NCBI GenBank assembly: GCA_934102055.1
Contig: CAKOSE010000003.1
Coordinates: 10,641-74,640, forward strand
DNA: 64,000 nucleotides
Direction of reading: 5' to 3'
Origin: an uncultured Bacilli bacterium
GTDB taxonomy: Bacteria > Bacillota_I > Bacilli_A > RF39 > UBA660
In this document: in pieces, positions 53,899 through 63,746 of the stretch
How positions within the stretch are numbered: the first letter of the stretch is position 1
How the letters are laid out: every line of letters starts with the position of its first letter
The notes under the pieces: generated by a model
The model's input: the letters and a program-made list of their open reading frames with translations, nothing else
The model's database searches: none
Told to the model about the DNA's origin: nothing
Translations under genes and position numbers: made by a program

Positions 53899-55734
53899 AT
53901 GAAAAAAAATATATTATTTGTAATAGGAATCTTTCTTTGTATGTTCTTTTTAACCTCAGTAAATGCAAGTGAAAATAAAGTTGCACTTTCTCTATCTTGT
54001 CCAAAAGAAGTAGAACCATTAAATGAAAATATAATATGCAAAATAAACGCCAAAATAACCGATGGACCAATCACCCTAAGTTCAGTTAAAGTCTATTATG
54101 ATAAACCATTAATATATGGAAAACCAACTTTAAAAGATGGAAATACATTTGGAAACGGAAATAGAGAAATAGGAACAATAAGATTAAAATCATCATCTGC
54201 AAGTGGAACAGCATCAGTAAATCTTATCTTTAACGTAAAATATGGAGATGGAAGTTTTAATGCAGAAACCGCAAATGCAAATATAAAAGTAGTCAGTAAA
54301 GTAAATACATTAAAACTTATCAAAGTAGATGGAAAAGCAGTATCAGGCTTTAATAAAGATACTACAAGCTATAAAATGAACATAAACAGAGAAAAAGTTT
54401 ATATCACCGCAGTTAAACAAGATGGAAGAGAAAAAGTAACAGGAACCGGAGAAAAAAACTTAAAATGTGGATCAAACAAAATACAAGTAACAGCAACATC
54501 TGAAGCAGGTAACAGTAAAAAATACACATTAAATATAAACAGAACCTGTAGTAGCAATACTTCCCTAAAAGGAATAGCCTTATCAAGTGGAACATTGTCC
54601 CCAGAATTTAAAGAAAATATTTACGAATATAGTGTAAATCTAGGTAAAGACGACAAAACAATAAGTATCAACGGAATAAAAAGCGAAGCAAGTCAAAAAA
54701 TAAGCGGAGAAGTCACAAACAAAGAAATAGGTTATGGAAAAACAATAATTCCACTTACTGTAACAAGTCAAAACGGAAAAAAAACAACATATAAAATAAC
54801 TATCAATAAAGACGATACCAGAAGCGATAGCACTCAGCTTTCATCAATCTCTCTAAGCAGTGGTAACATAAACTTCTCACAAGACAAATACACATATGAA
54901 ACAAAAGTTCTGTATGACATAACAAAAATAGATATAACAGCAACCCCAAAAGATCAAAATTCAAAAGTATCTATTAAAGGGAATGACAATCTAAAAGTCG
55001 GAGAAAACATAGTAACAATAACAGTTACCTCAGAAAAAGGAAAAAAACAAGATTATAAAATAACCGTAACAAGATTAAAAGAAGGAGAAACCCTAGGAGA
55101 TAACCCCAATATAAAAAACATTACCGTAAACGGATATGACCTTCCATTCAAATACGATAGAAGTGATTACAGACTTGCTATTAAAAACGAAGAACAACTA
55201 GACATAAAAGTAACCATGGACGATCCAACAGCAAGTTATACAATCACAGGAAACAAAAACCTAAAAGATGGAAGCATCATAAAAATAATAACAAAAACAA
55301 GTGATAATAAATCAAAAACATATACAATCGAAATAACAAAATCAAGTCAAGCAATCTATTATATAATTGCAATATCACTAGTACTTACAGTTATCCTAGT
55401 CCCAACACTAGTATATTTTAAATCAGTTAGAAAGAAAAAAGAAAACGTAAACATAAATGGTTATAAAATAGATAATAAAGATAATAGTCATAACATAAAC
55501 AAAAACATAATTATAAACAGAAAACCAGTTCAAAAAAATGATCAAGTCATTCCAAACATAATAAAAGAACAACCAAAACCAAAAAAAGAAACACCTTCAA
55601 ACCAACAAGAAGACTTTGATGCAGGACTTCAAGATTATAATCCAAGTAGCAATAAATGCCCTTATTGCAACCGAGAACTTATGGGAAACCCAGTACAATG
55701 TCCTTACTGCAAAAGAAAACTTAATAGAAAATAA
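53899..55734 (+). CDS. cadherin-like beta-sandwich repeat surface protein with a TM anchor and cytoplasmic zinc-ribbon tail
   Basis: Cleavable signal (VNA-SE). At least four repeats of the pattern LxxIxLSSGxLxPxFxxxxYxYxV...TYKITIN. TM AIYYIIAISLVLTVILVPTLVYF. C-terminal CPYC-x11-CPYC. Confidence 0.7.
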   Translation: MKKNILFVIGIFLCMFFLTSVNASENKVALSLSCPKEVEPLNENIICKINAKITDGPITLSSVKVYYDKPLIYGKPTLKDGNTFGNGNREIGTIRLKSSSASGTASVNLIFNVKYGDGSFNAETANANIKVVSKVNTLKLIKVDGKAVSGFNKDTTSYKMNINREKVYITAVKQDGREKVTGTGEKNLKCGSNKIQVTATSEAGNSKKYTLNINRTCSSNTSLKGIALSSGTLSPEFKENIYEYSVNLGKDDKTISINGIKSEASQKISGEVTNKEIGYGKTIIPLTVTSQNGKKTTYKITINKDDTRSDSTQLSSISLSSGNINFSQDKYTYETKVLYDITKIDITATPKDQNSKVSIKGNDNLKVGENIVTITVTSEKGKKQDYKITVTRLKEGETLGDNPNIKNITVNGYDLPFKYDRSDYRLAIKNEEQLDIKVTMDDPTASYTITGNKNLKDGSIIKIITKTSDNKSKTYTIEITKSSQAIYYIIAISLVLTVILVPTLVYFKSVRKKKENVNINGYKIDNKDNSHNINKNIIINRKPVQKNDQVIPNIIKEQPKPKKETPSNQQEDFDAGLQDYNPSSNKCPYCNRELMGNPVQCPYCKRKLNRK

Positions 55735-55762
55735 TATAAATAAAAATAGTAATAAGACACTT

Positions 55763-56542
55763 CTAATCTATTACTATTTTTTTATTTCTCAAAAATTCTA
55801 CTGATTTAACTAGCTCATCCTTTTCCTTTACCTCAATAACAGCATATACCCCAAGTTTTCTAATTAATTTCATCTTTTTAAAAGCATCCAAAAAGCCACT
55901 TCCTAAAGCAATATGATCACTTTTTCCATCAAAATCATGAATATGAACATGTTTTATTTTCTTACTATTATAATCTAAGAAAAACTCCTCAGCACCACTA
56001 TTATTTTTTAAATCATGACCCATATCAAGTGTAAAAAAAAGTCTTTCAAAACTTCCAACTATCATAAAACCTTCTTTTAAATAATTTGGTAGTTTTAAAT
56101 TTTCAAACATAATCTCAACATCAAATTTTTTAGCCAAACCATTCAAGAAAACACACGATTCATATAACGATCTCTTATATTTATCAAGATACTTCTCATA
56201 TATAAAAATCTTTCTATCAGGAAGAGAAAAATGTATCCCAGGATCTAAATGTAAATTATACTTTCTTATATTTAATTTCGCTCCCTTTTGTATAACAGTC
56301 TCTATTTTTTTAAGATAAGCTCTTCTTAAATCATTATCAAGTTCTCCAACATCTAACTTTTCTGATAAGTGTACTGTAAATTCAATATTGTTCTCTAAAG
56401 ATAGTTGCTTTAACTCATCATTTAACTTGCAATATGGTAAATCTAAATTAAGTTCAACAAAAGAAAGACCCAGTTCCTTAGCAAGTTTTACATTATCTAA
56501 AACAGTATTATATTCTATTAAAGTAGGCATTCCAAGTCTCAT
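55763..56542 (-). CDS. sugar phosphate isomerase/epimerase (xylose isomerase-like TIM barrel) family protein
   Basis: LGLSFVELNLD, NLHLDPG, MFENL, HVHIHD metal-ligand pattern. SD AAAGGAGG. Confidence 0.6.
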   Translation of the reverse strand: MRLGMPTLIEYNTVLDNVKLAKELGLSFVELNLDLPYCKLNDELKQLSLENNIEFTVHLSEKLDVGELDNDLRRAYLKKIETVIQKGAKLNIRKYNLHLDPGIHFSLPDRKIFIYEKYLDKYKRSLYESCVFLNGLAKKFDVEIMFENLKLPNYLKEGFMIVGSFERLFFTLDMGHDLKNNSGAEEFFLDYNSKKIKHVHIHDFDGKSDHIALGSGFLDAFKKMKLIRKLGVYAVIEVKEKDELVKSVEFLRNKKIVID

Positions 56543-56645
56543 AATTATTCCTCCTTTATATAATTATATCACGTAAAGGTTTATATTTAACAATATATAT
56601 GATATCATAAAATAAAAAGAAAAATAAAATATAAAAGGAGTTCTT

Positions 56646-57584
56646 ATGGAAAAATTAATAGGTAAAAGATTAAAAAAAGGAGATTACATAGGAATAGTTT
56701 CTGTATCCGCACCAGAAGCTTATGAACAAAAAGAAAGATTTGAAAAAGGAATAAATTATTTAAAATCAAAAGGATATAATGTTATATTAAGTAGTCATGT
56801 GACTAAAAAAAGAGGTTATCTAACAGAAACTCCAAAAACTATGGCAAAAGATTTAATGGAGTTATTTGCAAATGAAAAAGTAAAATGTATCATATGTGCC
56901 GGAGGAGGCTCAAACTCAAATACACTTCTACAATATATTGATTTTAAGAAAATAAAAGATAACCCCAAAATATTTATAGGAGTAAGTAATCCAACAATAC
57001 TTCTTAACGCTATTAATACTATGACAGGATTAATAACTTTTCATGGACCATCTATAGTATGGGATTTTGGAGAAGAAAATGGTCTATGTAAGTTTACAGA
57101 TAACCACCTATGGTCAGAAATTTGTAACGGAAACAAAAAACATATTATAAAAGATGAAGATCATACCTGGATTTCCCTAAAAAAAGGAAAAGCAAGTGGC
57201 GAATTAGTAGGAGGTAATCTAATTTCAATCCAAACACTTTTAGGAACAAAATATGAACCAGATTGGAATGAAAAAATATTCTTTTTTGAAGACATAGGAA
57301 AGCAAATAGAAAGAATTGATCTAATGCTTACTCATTTCGAAGATGCTGGAGTATTCAATAAAATAAATGGAATGATTATAGGAAAATTAGTCTCTTGCAA
57401 ACCAAATGATAAAGAAATATATAAAATGCTCTTAGAAAAATTTTCAAAGTATGATTTTCCAATCATCGCAGATGTACCTTTCGGACATACACAAGACAAA
57501 TTAACACTTCCAATTGGATCTTATATTAGTTTTGATACAGCTGAACCAGAAATAATCAAAGTACAAGAACCTATAGTTGAATAA
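56646..57584 (+). CDS. LD-carboxypeptidase (peptidase S66, LdcA/MccF-like)
   Basis: GDYIGIVSVSAP, IICAGGGSNSN, GVSNPT (nucleophile Ser region), FFFEDIG, FGHT. Confidence 0.75.
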   Translation: MEKLIGKRLKKGDYIGIVSVSAPEAYEQKERFEKGINYLKSKGYNVILSSHVTKKRGYLTETPKTMAKDLMELFANEKVKCIICAGGGSNSNTLLQYIDFKKIKDNPKIFIGVSNPTILLNAINTMTGLITFHGPSIVWDFGEENGLCKFTDNHLWSEICNGNKKHIIKDEDHTWISLKKGKASGELVGGNLISIQTLLGTKYEPDWNEKIFFFEDIGKQIERIDLMLTHFEDAGVFNKINGMIIGKLVSCKPNDKEIYKMLLEKFSKYDFPIIADVPFGHTQDKLTLPIGSYISFDTAEPEIIKVQEPIVE

Positions 57585-57679
57585 AACTATATATAAAATA
57601 AAAATTTCCTAATACTTAACTCTTTTTAAGAGAATTACAAGATTTTTATAGACAAAACATAATTTATATGTTATTATTG

Positions 57680-57745
57680 AAAGCGTTAAACGAAGCAATC
57701 CGCTGGGAATTTCTTAAGATTGTGGGTAAGAATAGGAGGAATAAA
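57680..57745 (+). promoter_or_regulatory. possible rplS (L19) autoregulatory leader
   Basis: A G+C-richer segment directly upstream of rplS. Small helices AGCG 57682-57685 with CGCT 57701-57704, and CTTA 57713-57716 with TAAG 57727-57730, next to the SD. An L19 leader is known in Firmicutes, but I cannot confirm the consensus. Confidence 0.25.
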
Positions 57746-58096
57746 ATGAACTTAGTTGATAAGGTATCTGCTAAACAACTAAAAAGTGATATTCCAGAAT
57801 TTAGAGTCGGAGATACAGTCAGAGTAGATGTAAAAATCATCGAAGGTAAAAAAGAACGTATCCAAGCATTCGAAGGAATAGTCACAGCACGTAAAAGTGG
57901 TGGAGTAAATGAAACTTTTACTGTTAGAAAAGTATCTTATGGAGTTGGAGTAAACAGAATTTTCCCTGTGCATTCTCCAAAAATAGCAAACATTACTGTA
58001 ATTAAAAAAGGAAAAGTAAGACGTGCTAAGTTAAACTTCTTAAAAGATCGTGTTGGCGTTTACAGAATTAAGGAAAGAGGAAATAAGGCAGCATAA
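57746..58096 (+). CDS. rplS: 50S ribosomal protein L19
   Basis: [43 protein letters not shown] before the ATG at 57746; the track start at 57668 is an upstream in-frame Met with no SD. Confidence 0.95.
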   Translation: MNLVDKVSAKQLKSDIPEFRVGDTVRVDVKIIEGKKERIQAFEGIVTARKSGGVNETFTVRKVSYGVGVNRIFPVHSPKIANITVIKKGKVRRAKLNFLKDRVGVYRIKERGNKAA

Positions 58097-58116
58097 TAAG
58101 TTGCCTTATTTTTGTT
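58083..58116 (+). terminator. hairpin plus T-tract spanning the rplS stop codon
   Basis: ATAAGGCA (58083-58090) pairs perfectly with TGCCTTAT (58102-58109), followed by TTTTTGTT. The loop contains the rplS TAA. Confidence 0.55.
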
Positions 58117-58119
58117 AAT

Positions 58120-58629
58120 ATGAAAAAAGAAACAAAAAAAGAATTAATTATATATGGAAGTATAATATTAGCCATAATTTTAATTAGAACGTTTGTTATA
58201 ACCCCAGTAAGAGTAAATGGAAGTAGTATGTATAGTACTTTAAAAGATGGAGAAATCATGATTCTAAATAAACTAGATTACAAATTACATGATATTGAAA
58301 GATTCGACATAGTAGTAATCAAAACAGATGAAAAAAAGATTATTAAAAGAGTAATTGGCCTTCCAGGAGAAACCCTAAAATACGAAGACAATACCCTTTA
58401 TATAAATGACAAAAAAATAGATGAACCATATCTAAAAGACGCTACTGAAGATTTCAACATCACATCTTTAGGATACGATAAAATACCTGATGATTGCTAT
58501 TTCGTACTAGGAGATAACAGAGATAATTCAAGCGATAGTAGAATCATAGGACCCGTAAAAAAAAGCCAAATAACAGGAAGTGCCTCACTAGTACTTTTCC
58601 CATTTAGTGAAGCTGGATATAGAAAATAA
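58120..58629 (+). CDS. lepB: signal peptidase I (P-type, Ser-Lys)
   Basis: TM, then VNGSSMYSTL (Ser box), IKRVIGLPGE (Lys box), GDNRDNSSDSR. Confidence 0.9.
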   Translation: MKKETKKELIIYGSIILAIILIRTFVITPVRVNGSSMYSTLKDGEIMILNKLDYKLHDIERFDIVVIKTDEKKIIKRVIGLPGETLKYEDNTLYINDKKIDEPYLKDATEDFNITSLGYDKIPDDCYFVLGDNRDNSSDSRIIGPVKKSQITGSASLVLFPFSEAGYRK

Positions 58630-58684
58630 AAAAGTTAAGAATTAAATGTATAAACATATAGTTAAACATTAATCTTAACTTTTT

Positions 58685-58936
58685 TTATCCCATGAACCCT
58701 TTATATTTATTATACAGTTCTAACATTAAATAATAGTTATCATCACTTATTTTACCCTTTAATAATTTTATGTAATAAACCGGATCATCAAGTAAATTAT
58801 TACAGTATTTTTTAATATGATTATATATTATCTCAACCTCTTCATTCGTCGCATCATAACCATTCTTATCTATAAAGTTATATATATCCTCTTTACTCAT
58901 ATTTTTTACATAACTTTTTATTATGCTCTTATTCAT
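58685..58936 (-). CDS. small helical hypothetical protein (possibly DUF2624-like)
   Basis: SD AGGTGG before the ATG at 58936; the track start at 58972 lacks one. 83 aa. The family assignment is uncertain. Confidence 0.4.
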   Translation of the reverse strand: MNKSIIKSYVKNMSKEDIYNFIDKNGYDATNEEVEIIYNHIKKYCNNLLDDPVYYIKLLKGKISDDNYYLMLELYNKYKGFMG

Positions 58937-58974
58937 TTTACCACCTATAAAATTATATGTAATATTTTTCAAAA

Positions 58975-61029
58975 ATGAAACAAAATAATAATATGAAAAA
59001 AATTAAAAAAAGAAAAACAAAAACTATTTATTTAAAACACGAATCAAGAAGAATGACTTTTGTACTCATCATAACCCTTGTTCTTTTTACATGCATTGTT
59101 CTTAGAATCCTATATCTTAATATTTATATGGGTAAATTCTATAACATGAAACTAAATAACACAAAAGACACCTATGTCTATGGAGAAAGCACCCCAAGAG
59201 GAAGAATCCTCGATAGAAATGGAAAAGTTTTAGTAGACAATAAATGGATCAAAGCCATATATTATAAAAAACCAAAAAATACCAGTAGCACCGATCTCGC
59301 AAAAACCGCTTATGATGTAAGCAAAATACTATCAATTGACTATAACAAACTCTCATCCAGAAACCTAAAAGAGTTTTATATAGTAACCCACGAAAAAGAA
59401 ACCTCAGAACTTATCACAAAATCCGAGTACAAAGATCTAGAAAACAGAAAACTAACCCCAGACGATATATATGAACTAAAAATAAAAAGAATACCAAAAT
59501 CCCTAATCAAATCCCTATCAAAAAAAGATAAAAAAGCCGCCTACATCTATTATCTTATGAACAAAGGCTATTCCTATGACGAAAAAATAATAAAAAACAA
59601 AAACGTAACAGACGAAGAATACGCTTATTTTCTAGTTAATAATAAATACAAAGGATTCTTCTCAAAACTAGAATGGGAAAGAACCTATCCATATAAAGAC
59701 ACCCTAGAAGTTATCCTAGGATCTGTATCAAACATACCAAAAGAAGATAGAGATTATTACTTAGAAAAAGGGTATGTCCTTACAGATAGAGTAGGAGTAT
59801 CAGGTCTTGAAAAACAATATGAAGAACTCTTGCGTGGAGAAAAAGATTTATATAAACTAGATTCCAATAATGAAAGAATACTAGTAAAAAAAGGCCATAA
59901 AGGAACAGATATAAAACTATCTATAGACATAAAACTTCAACAAAAAATTGACAATATGTTAAAATACGAAATGATCAAAACAAAAAGAGAAGCCAATACT
60001 GAATACTTTAACAGAAGCTATGTCGTTATAAGCGATCCTAATACCGGAGAAATCCTATCCATATCAGGAAAGAAAATCACTTTAAAAAACGGTTCCTATA
60101 AAGTATATGATAATAGCGAAGGAGCATTTCTCTCAACTATAACACCAGGATCCGTTGTAAAAGGAGCAAGTATAATGGTAGGATATAATACAGATGTCCT
60201 AAAAATAGGAGAACACATGACTGATTCCTGCATAGGACTTTACAACCTACCAGAAAAATGTTCCTGGCGAACCCTTGGTTACATAAACGATATAGATGCC
60301 CTAGCTCTATCATCAAATGTTTATCAATATAAAATTGCCATGAGAGTAGGAGGTTTTAATTATGCCTATGGGAAACGTCTAAAAATAGACCCTAAAGCAT
60401 TTGATATCTATCGAAACATGTTCTATAGATTCGGACTAGGTGTAAAAACAGGACTCGATTACCCCATAGAAGAAGACGGTTACAAAAGCAACAATCGTGC
60501 AGGAGATCTCCTAATTAACTTCGCAATAGGACAATACGACACCTATACAACATTACAACTATCTCAGTATATATCAACTCTTGCAAACGGTGGAACAAGA
60601 TATAAAACAAGATTCCTAAAAGAAGTACTAGATGACAATGGAAAAACCCTATACAAAATAAAACCAACAGTTCTAAACACATTAGACGTAAAAAAAGCAT
60701 ATATAAACAGAGTAAGAAAAGGACTTCATGCAGTAACCACTTACGGAACAGGAGCATCTTATATGACAAGTGCTCCCAATCCATCAGGCAAAACAGGTAC
60801 AAGTGAATCATTTATCGACTTAGACGGAGATGGCACTATTGACGCCCCAAGTATCTCAAATAACTTCGTAGGATATGCCCCATCAAAAAAACCAGTCATG
60901 TCCATAGCAGCCTCATTCCCAGATATCCAAAACCCAAAAACCAATTATAAAAGTGATGTTAATCAAAGAGTAGTATCCAAATCCACTAAAATTTTCTTCG
61001 ATTTATATAAAAAAAATAATAAAAGATAA
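58975..61029 (+). CDS. class B penicillin-binding protein (PBP2B/SpoVD-like transpeptidase)
   Basis: N-terminal TM, PBP dimerisation domain, SVVK (SxxK), SSN, KTGTS. The exact start (58975 or 58993) is uncertain because no clear SD is present. Confidence 0.85.
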   Translation: MKQNNNMKKIKKRKTKTIYLKHESRRMTFVLIITLVLFTCIVLRILYLNIYMGKFYNMKLNNTKDTYVYGESTPRGRILDRNGKVLVDNKWIKAIYYKKPKNTSSTDLAKTAYDVSKILSIDYNKLSSRNLKEFYIVTHEKETSELITKSEYKDLENRKLTPDDIYELKIKRIPKSLIKSLSKKDKKAAYIYYLMNKGYSYDEKIIKNKNVTDEEYAYFLVNNKYKGFFSKLEWERTYPYKDTLEVILGSVSNIPKEDRDYYLEKGYVLTDRVGVSGLEKQYEELLRGEKDLYKLDSNNERILVKKGHKGTDIKLSIDIKLQQKIDNMLKYEMIKTKREANTEYFNRSYVVISDPNTGEILSISGKKITLKNGSYKVYDNSEGAFLSTITPGSVVKGASIMVGYNTDVLKIGEHMTDSCIGLYNLPEKCSWRTLGYINDIDALALSSNVYQYKIAMRVGGFNYAYGKRLKIDPKAFDIYRNMFYRFGLGVKTGLDYPIEEDGYKSNNRAGDLLINFAIGQYDTYTTLQLSQYISTLANGGTRYKTRFLKEVLDDNGKTLYKIKPTVLNTLDVKKAYINRVRKGLHAVTTYGTGASYMTSAPNPSGKTGTSESFIDLDGDGTIDAPSISNNFVGYAPSKKPVMSIAASFPDIQNPKTNYKSDVNQRVVSKSTKIFFDLYKKNNKR

Positions 61030-61102
61030 AGAAATATTAAAAAAACTTTTGCTTTTTCCAAAAAGTTTGGTATAATACTTATGGAAATGAGGAGGGATCA
61101 AA

Positions 61103-61267
61103 GTGGCAAAAGTAGGAAATAGACAATATAAAACTTTAACTTGTACAGTTTGTAAAGCTTACAGTTACCGTACTGATAAAAACGTAAAAAATACTCCAGA
61201 ACGTTTAGAACTAAGTAAATACTGTCCTAAATGTAAAAAACATACAAGTTTCAAAGAAGAAAAATAG
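61103..61267 (+). CDS. rpmG: 50S ribosomal protein L33
   Basis: Not in the ORF track (54 aa, GTG start after GAGGAGGG). C-x2-C ... C-x2-C with [17 protein letters not shown]. Confidence 0.85.
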   Translation: MAKVGNRQYKTLTCTVCKAYSYRTDKNVKNTPERLELSKYCPKCKKHTSFKEEK

Positions 61268-61282
61268 TAAGCAGGTGAATTT

Positions 61283-61840
61283 ATGATAAATGTTAATGAT
61301 TTTAAAAATGGAATGACTATCAAAGTTGAAGGAAATATTTATACTATTATAGAATTTCAACACGTAAAACCGGGTAAAGGTGCAGCATTCGTAAGAACAA
61401 AACTTAAAAATCTAAGAACAGGTTCTACAATAGAATATACTTTCAATTCAGGAGTAAAATGTGAAACAGCTAGAATAGAAAGAAAACCAATGCAATTCCT
61501 TTACGAAAGTGGAGATCTTTATACCTTTATGAATATGCAAGACTATTCTCAAGTTGAACTTTCTAAAGACGTTATCGGAGATGACGTTAAGTACTTAAAA
61601 GAAAACCAAGATTTAGATATTACCTTCTACGAAGGAGAAGTTCTAGGACTTTCTCTTCCAGATAAAATAGAACTTAAAGTTACCCAAACAGAACCTGGTG
61701 TAAAAGGAAATACCACTTCAAGTGCTCAAAAAGACGCAACACTTGAAACAGGGTATCAAATCAAAGTACCATTATTTATTAACGAAGGTGAATCTGTTAT
61801 AGTTTCTACTAAAGATGGTAAATACGTATCAAGAGCATAA
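61283..61840 (+). CDS. efp: elongation factor P
   Basis: FQHVKPGKGAAFVRTKLKNL and the three-domain length (185 aa). Confidence 0.95.
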   Translation: MINVNDFKNGMTIKVEGNIYTIIEFQHVKPGKGAAFVRTKLKNLRTGSTIEYTFNSGVKCETARIERKPMQFLYESGDLYTFMNMQDYSQVELSKDVIGDDVKYLKENQDLDITFYEGEVLGLSLPDKIELKVTQTEPGVKGNTTSSAQKDATLETGYQIKVPLFINEGESVIVSTKDGKYVSRA

Positions 61841-61896
61841 GCTCTTTTTTTCATATATTTTTATATTTATCATATAGTTTACTGGGAGGAATTCAT

Positions 61897-62439
61897 ATGA
61901 TAAATAAACAAGGATTATGGTTTTTAACTTTATTTACCTTAATATTAGTACTAGGAGTCTATTACGTTACAATGCCTAACGAAATGTTTAAAAGCTTTGA
62001 CGCATCATCAATAAAAGAAAATGATAATAACGATAATACTAGTAAAAATAGTGAAACCAATAAAGAAAAGAAAACATCAAGCGTAAGTAGTGATAATACA
62101 AGTTATATAGAAACATTAAAAATAGAACTAGATACCGAAAGGGCAGAAATACTAAACACCCTAGAAGACATACTAAACGATAAAAGCAAGAATTCTTCTG
62201 AGAAGAATAAAGCTTATGAACAAATGAAAGAAATAAATAACCTAAAAGCAAGTGAAGACATGCTTTCAAAAAAAATAAGTAATGAATATAAACTAAACTC
62301 TTATATAAAACAAGAAGATAATACAATCGAAGTGGTCATAGATAGTAAAAAACACGACGTAAAACTCGCTAATAAAATAATGAGAACCATTCAAAATGAA
62401 TTCTCTGATCCAATGAGTATATCCGTTAAATTCTCTTAA
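61897..62439 (+). CDS. spoIIIAH: stage III sporulation protein AH-like
   Basis: The N-terminus NKQGLWFLTLFTLILVLGVYYV closely mirrors Bacillus SpoIIIAH (KKQTVWLLTMLSLVVVLSVYYI). C-terminal YscJ/FliF-like region ..IEVVIDSKKHD..MSISVKF. Confidence 0.7.
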   Translation: MINKQGLWFLTLFTLILVLGVYYVTMPNEMFKSFDASSIKENDNNDNTSKNSETNKEKKTSSVSSDNTSYIETLKIELDTERAEILNTLEDILNDKSKNSSEKNKAYEQMKEINNLKASEDMLSKKISNEYKLNSYIKQEDNTIEVVIDSKKHDVKLANKIMRTIQNEFSDPMSISVKFS

Positions 62440-62456
62440 AATAGGCTAGTTCCCTC

Positions 62457-62484
62457 ACACTATAGTTATATAGCTCATAAAATA
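62457..62484 (+). promoter_or_regulatory. mother-cell sigma-K type promoter candidate for gerE
   Basis: AC (62457-62458), 17-nt spacer, CATAAAATA (62476-62484), fitting the remembered AC-N16/17-CATA---TA consensus. Confidence 0.4.
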
Positions 62485-62530
62485 ATATGAAATATAAAAC
62501 CACTCCAAAAGAAAGTAAAGTGAGGGAAAA

Positions 62531-62740
62531 ATGAGAGAAAAATCAATACTTACTAAGAGAGAAAGAGAAGTATTCTTGTTACTTGTTCAAAACAAAACAA
62601 CAAAGGATATTGCCTCAGATCTTAGTATAAGCGAAAAAACTGTCAGAAACCATATCTCCAATGTAATGCAAAAACTTGGTGTTAAAGGAAGGGCTTCCGC
62701 AGTAGTAGAACTTTTAAAATTAAATGAAATAAAGTTATAG
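62531..62740 (+). CDS. gerE: sporulation transcription regulator GerE (LuxR-type HTH)
   Basis: LTKREREVFLLLVQNKTTKDIASDLSISEKTVRNHISNVMQKLGVKGRASAVVELL is near-identical in pattern to Bacillus GerE; 69 aa. Confidence 0.9.
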   Translation: MREKSILTKREREVFLLLVQNKTTKDIASDLSISEKTVRNHISNVMQKLGVKGRASAVVELLKLNEIKL

Positions 62741-62791
62741 ACATGTTATAAAAAAACATGTCTTTTCATATTATATTTTAAGAGGGGTTAT

Positions 62792-63691
62792 ATGTTAAAG
62801 AAAAAAGCTTTTAATAGAATATTTTTTACCACTATTATCTTTTTTATCGTCTTTTCTATATATAGTCTAAAAGAAATAAATAACAACGATAAAAACTATA
62901 AAAAAGAATCAAACATAAAAGCAGAAACAATCTATACATTAAATAAAGATAATTACATATCAAAAACAAGTATCTACGTTAGTAAAATGCTATCCCTAGA
63001 AGATAAAATAAAATCTAAACTAGAAACAATGACAAAAGACAATAATAAAAACTCATTACTTCCTAGTTACTTTAAACCAATCTTACCTGCAAATACTAAA
63101 GTATTAGATGTAAAAAAAGAAGACTCTTTAATTAAAGTATACTTTTCAAAAGAACTCTTAAATATTAACAAAGAGCAATCAGAAAAAATGATAGAAGCTA
63201 TTGTTTATACAATTACAGATGATAGTATCCTAGGAATAGAAATATATGCCGAAGGGAATATGCTTAAATACATACCTCATACTACGAAAGAACTTCCTAC
63301 TATCTTAACTAAAAATATTGGTATTAACAAAAGTTATGAAATAGATAGAAATAGTGACATAAAAAAAGTTTTTATGACTTATTACACAAATAATGATAAT
63401 TCATACCACGAAGTACCAGTTACAAAATATGTTAATGATAATAGAGAAAAACTAGAAATAATATTTGACAAGTTAAATGAAGATTTTTGTGGAGTTAATC
63501 TAATAAGCTTACTAGAAAACGTTAAGTTAATTAACTATAAAATAGAAAGTGACAAAATAGTTATTAATATCAATAAAGAAATAACTGAAGATGAAAAAAA
63601 ACTTATCTTTGAAAGTATTTTTGCTAATTATAACGTTAAAAAGATAGAACTTTTAGTAAATGGAGAAAAAAAGTTTACAAAAACTACTTGA
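62792..63691 (+). CDS. gerM: GerM-like protein (GerMN domains)
   Basis: N-terminal TM/lipoprotein-like anchor and two repeated domains with VKVYFSKELL / IVININKEI patterns, ending in ..IELLVNGEK. The assignment is from pattern and sporulation context. Confidence 0.5.
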   Translation: MLKKKAFNRIFFTTIIFFIVFSIYSLKEINNNDKNYKKESNIKAETIYTLNKDNYISKTSIYVSKMLSLEDKIKSKLETMTKDNNKNSLLPSYFKPILPANTKVLDVKKEDSLIKVYFSKELLNINKEQSEKMIEAIVYTITDDSILGIEIYAEGNMLKYIPHTTKELPTILTKNIGINKSYEIDRNSDIKKVFMTYYTNNDNSYHEVPVTKYVNDNREKLEIIFDKLNEDFCGVNLISLLENVKLINYKIESDKIVININKEITEDEKKLIFESIFANYNVKKIELLVNGEKKFTKTT

Positions 63692-63715
63692 AATATAAAT
63701 ATATTTATTGTATAA
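63687..63715 (+). promoter_or_regulatory. strong sigma-A promoter for the tRNA pair
   Basis: TTGAAA (63687-63692), 17-nt spacer, TATAAT (63710-63715). Confidence 0.6.
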
Positions 63716-63746
63716 TCAAAGAGCATTGATTGATTAGTGCATAAGC

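Noticed and set aside
57668-57745. The 26-codon N-terminal extension of L19 in the ORF track.
   Set aside because: There is no SD before 57668, whereas TAGGAGGA precedes the ATG at 57746. The conserved L19 N-terminus (MNLVDKV) starts there. The extension region more likely belongs to the leader RNA.
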